A DNA stretch of 44,532 bases, from the NCBI GenBank assembly GCA_017546085.1, contig JAFYXQ010000005.1, positions 1 through 44,532 on the forward strand, written 5' to 3'. This document shows positions 44,476 to 44,532 of the stretch, one piece after another (the first letter of the stretch is position 1; every line of letters begins with the position of its first letter). The stretch is from Alphaproteobacteria bacterium (GTDB taxonomy: Bacteria; Pseudomonadota; Alphaproteobacteria; Rs-D84). The position numbers were made by a program, and so were the translations under genes. The notes below the pieces were generated by a model, which saw only the letters and a list, made by a program, of their open reading frames with translations, had not been told where the DNA came from and did no database searches.

Positions 44476-44532
44476 ATGTTTATACCATAAATGGTAGGTT
44501 TTCAAGATTACCTTCGGCGACACGAACATTTA

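Noticed and set aside
44480-44532. End of a minus-strand ORF entering from the right edge (...NVRVAEGNLENLPFMV-stop)
   Set aside because: Only 17 codons are visible, which is too short to call or name.

Overview
AT-rich, gene-dense bacterial window. The content looks like a reduced, probably endosymbiont-type alphaproteobacterial genome. This is an inference from a Cys-less alpha-type L36, a DUF374-lpxK arrangement, a split virB3-virB4 locus and compact overlapping genes. All family calls come from motifs read in the translations, with no searches run.

Most of the window is housekeeping: pheST, rplT-rpmI, mreCD-mrdA-rodA, topA, dnaG, rfbCD, ychF, rpmJ, lpxK, lpxC, aspS, uvrB, tsaE, ftsQ-ftsA, lolC/E-lolD and two tRNAs.

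Interspersed accessory or unusual content:
1. A tightly packed four-gene module at 23392-28021 has the gene order and sizes of the PilO-PilP-PilQ-PilR core of R64/PAPI-1-type type IVb pili. It has no pilin, prepilin peptidase or adjacent secretin, and it ends in a decayed repeat/tRNA junction.
2. An orphan lipoprotein about 11 kb away has secretin-like features.
3. virB3-virB4 is followed by a translationally coupled secreted HExxH protein.
4. ftsA is fused in frame to rpe.
5. mrdA (PBP2) is interrupted by a frameshift.
6. A 35-nt palindromic element occurs three times, once inside a SufD-like CDS.
7. A cluster of secreted proteins shares novel Cys motifs.
8. Structured 105-bp tandem repeats lie at the right end.

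No transposase, integrase or CRISPR array was seen.
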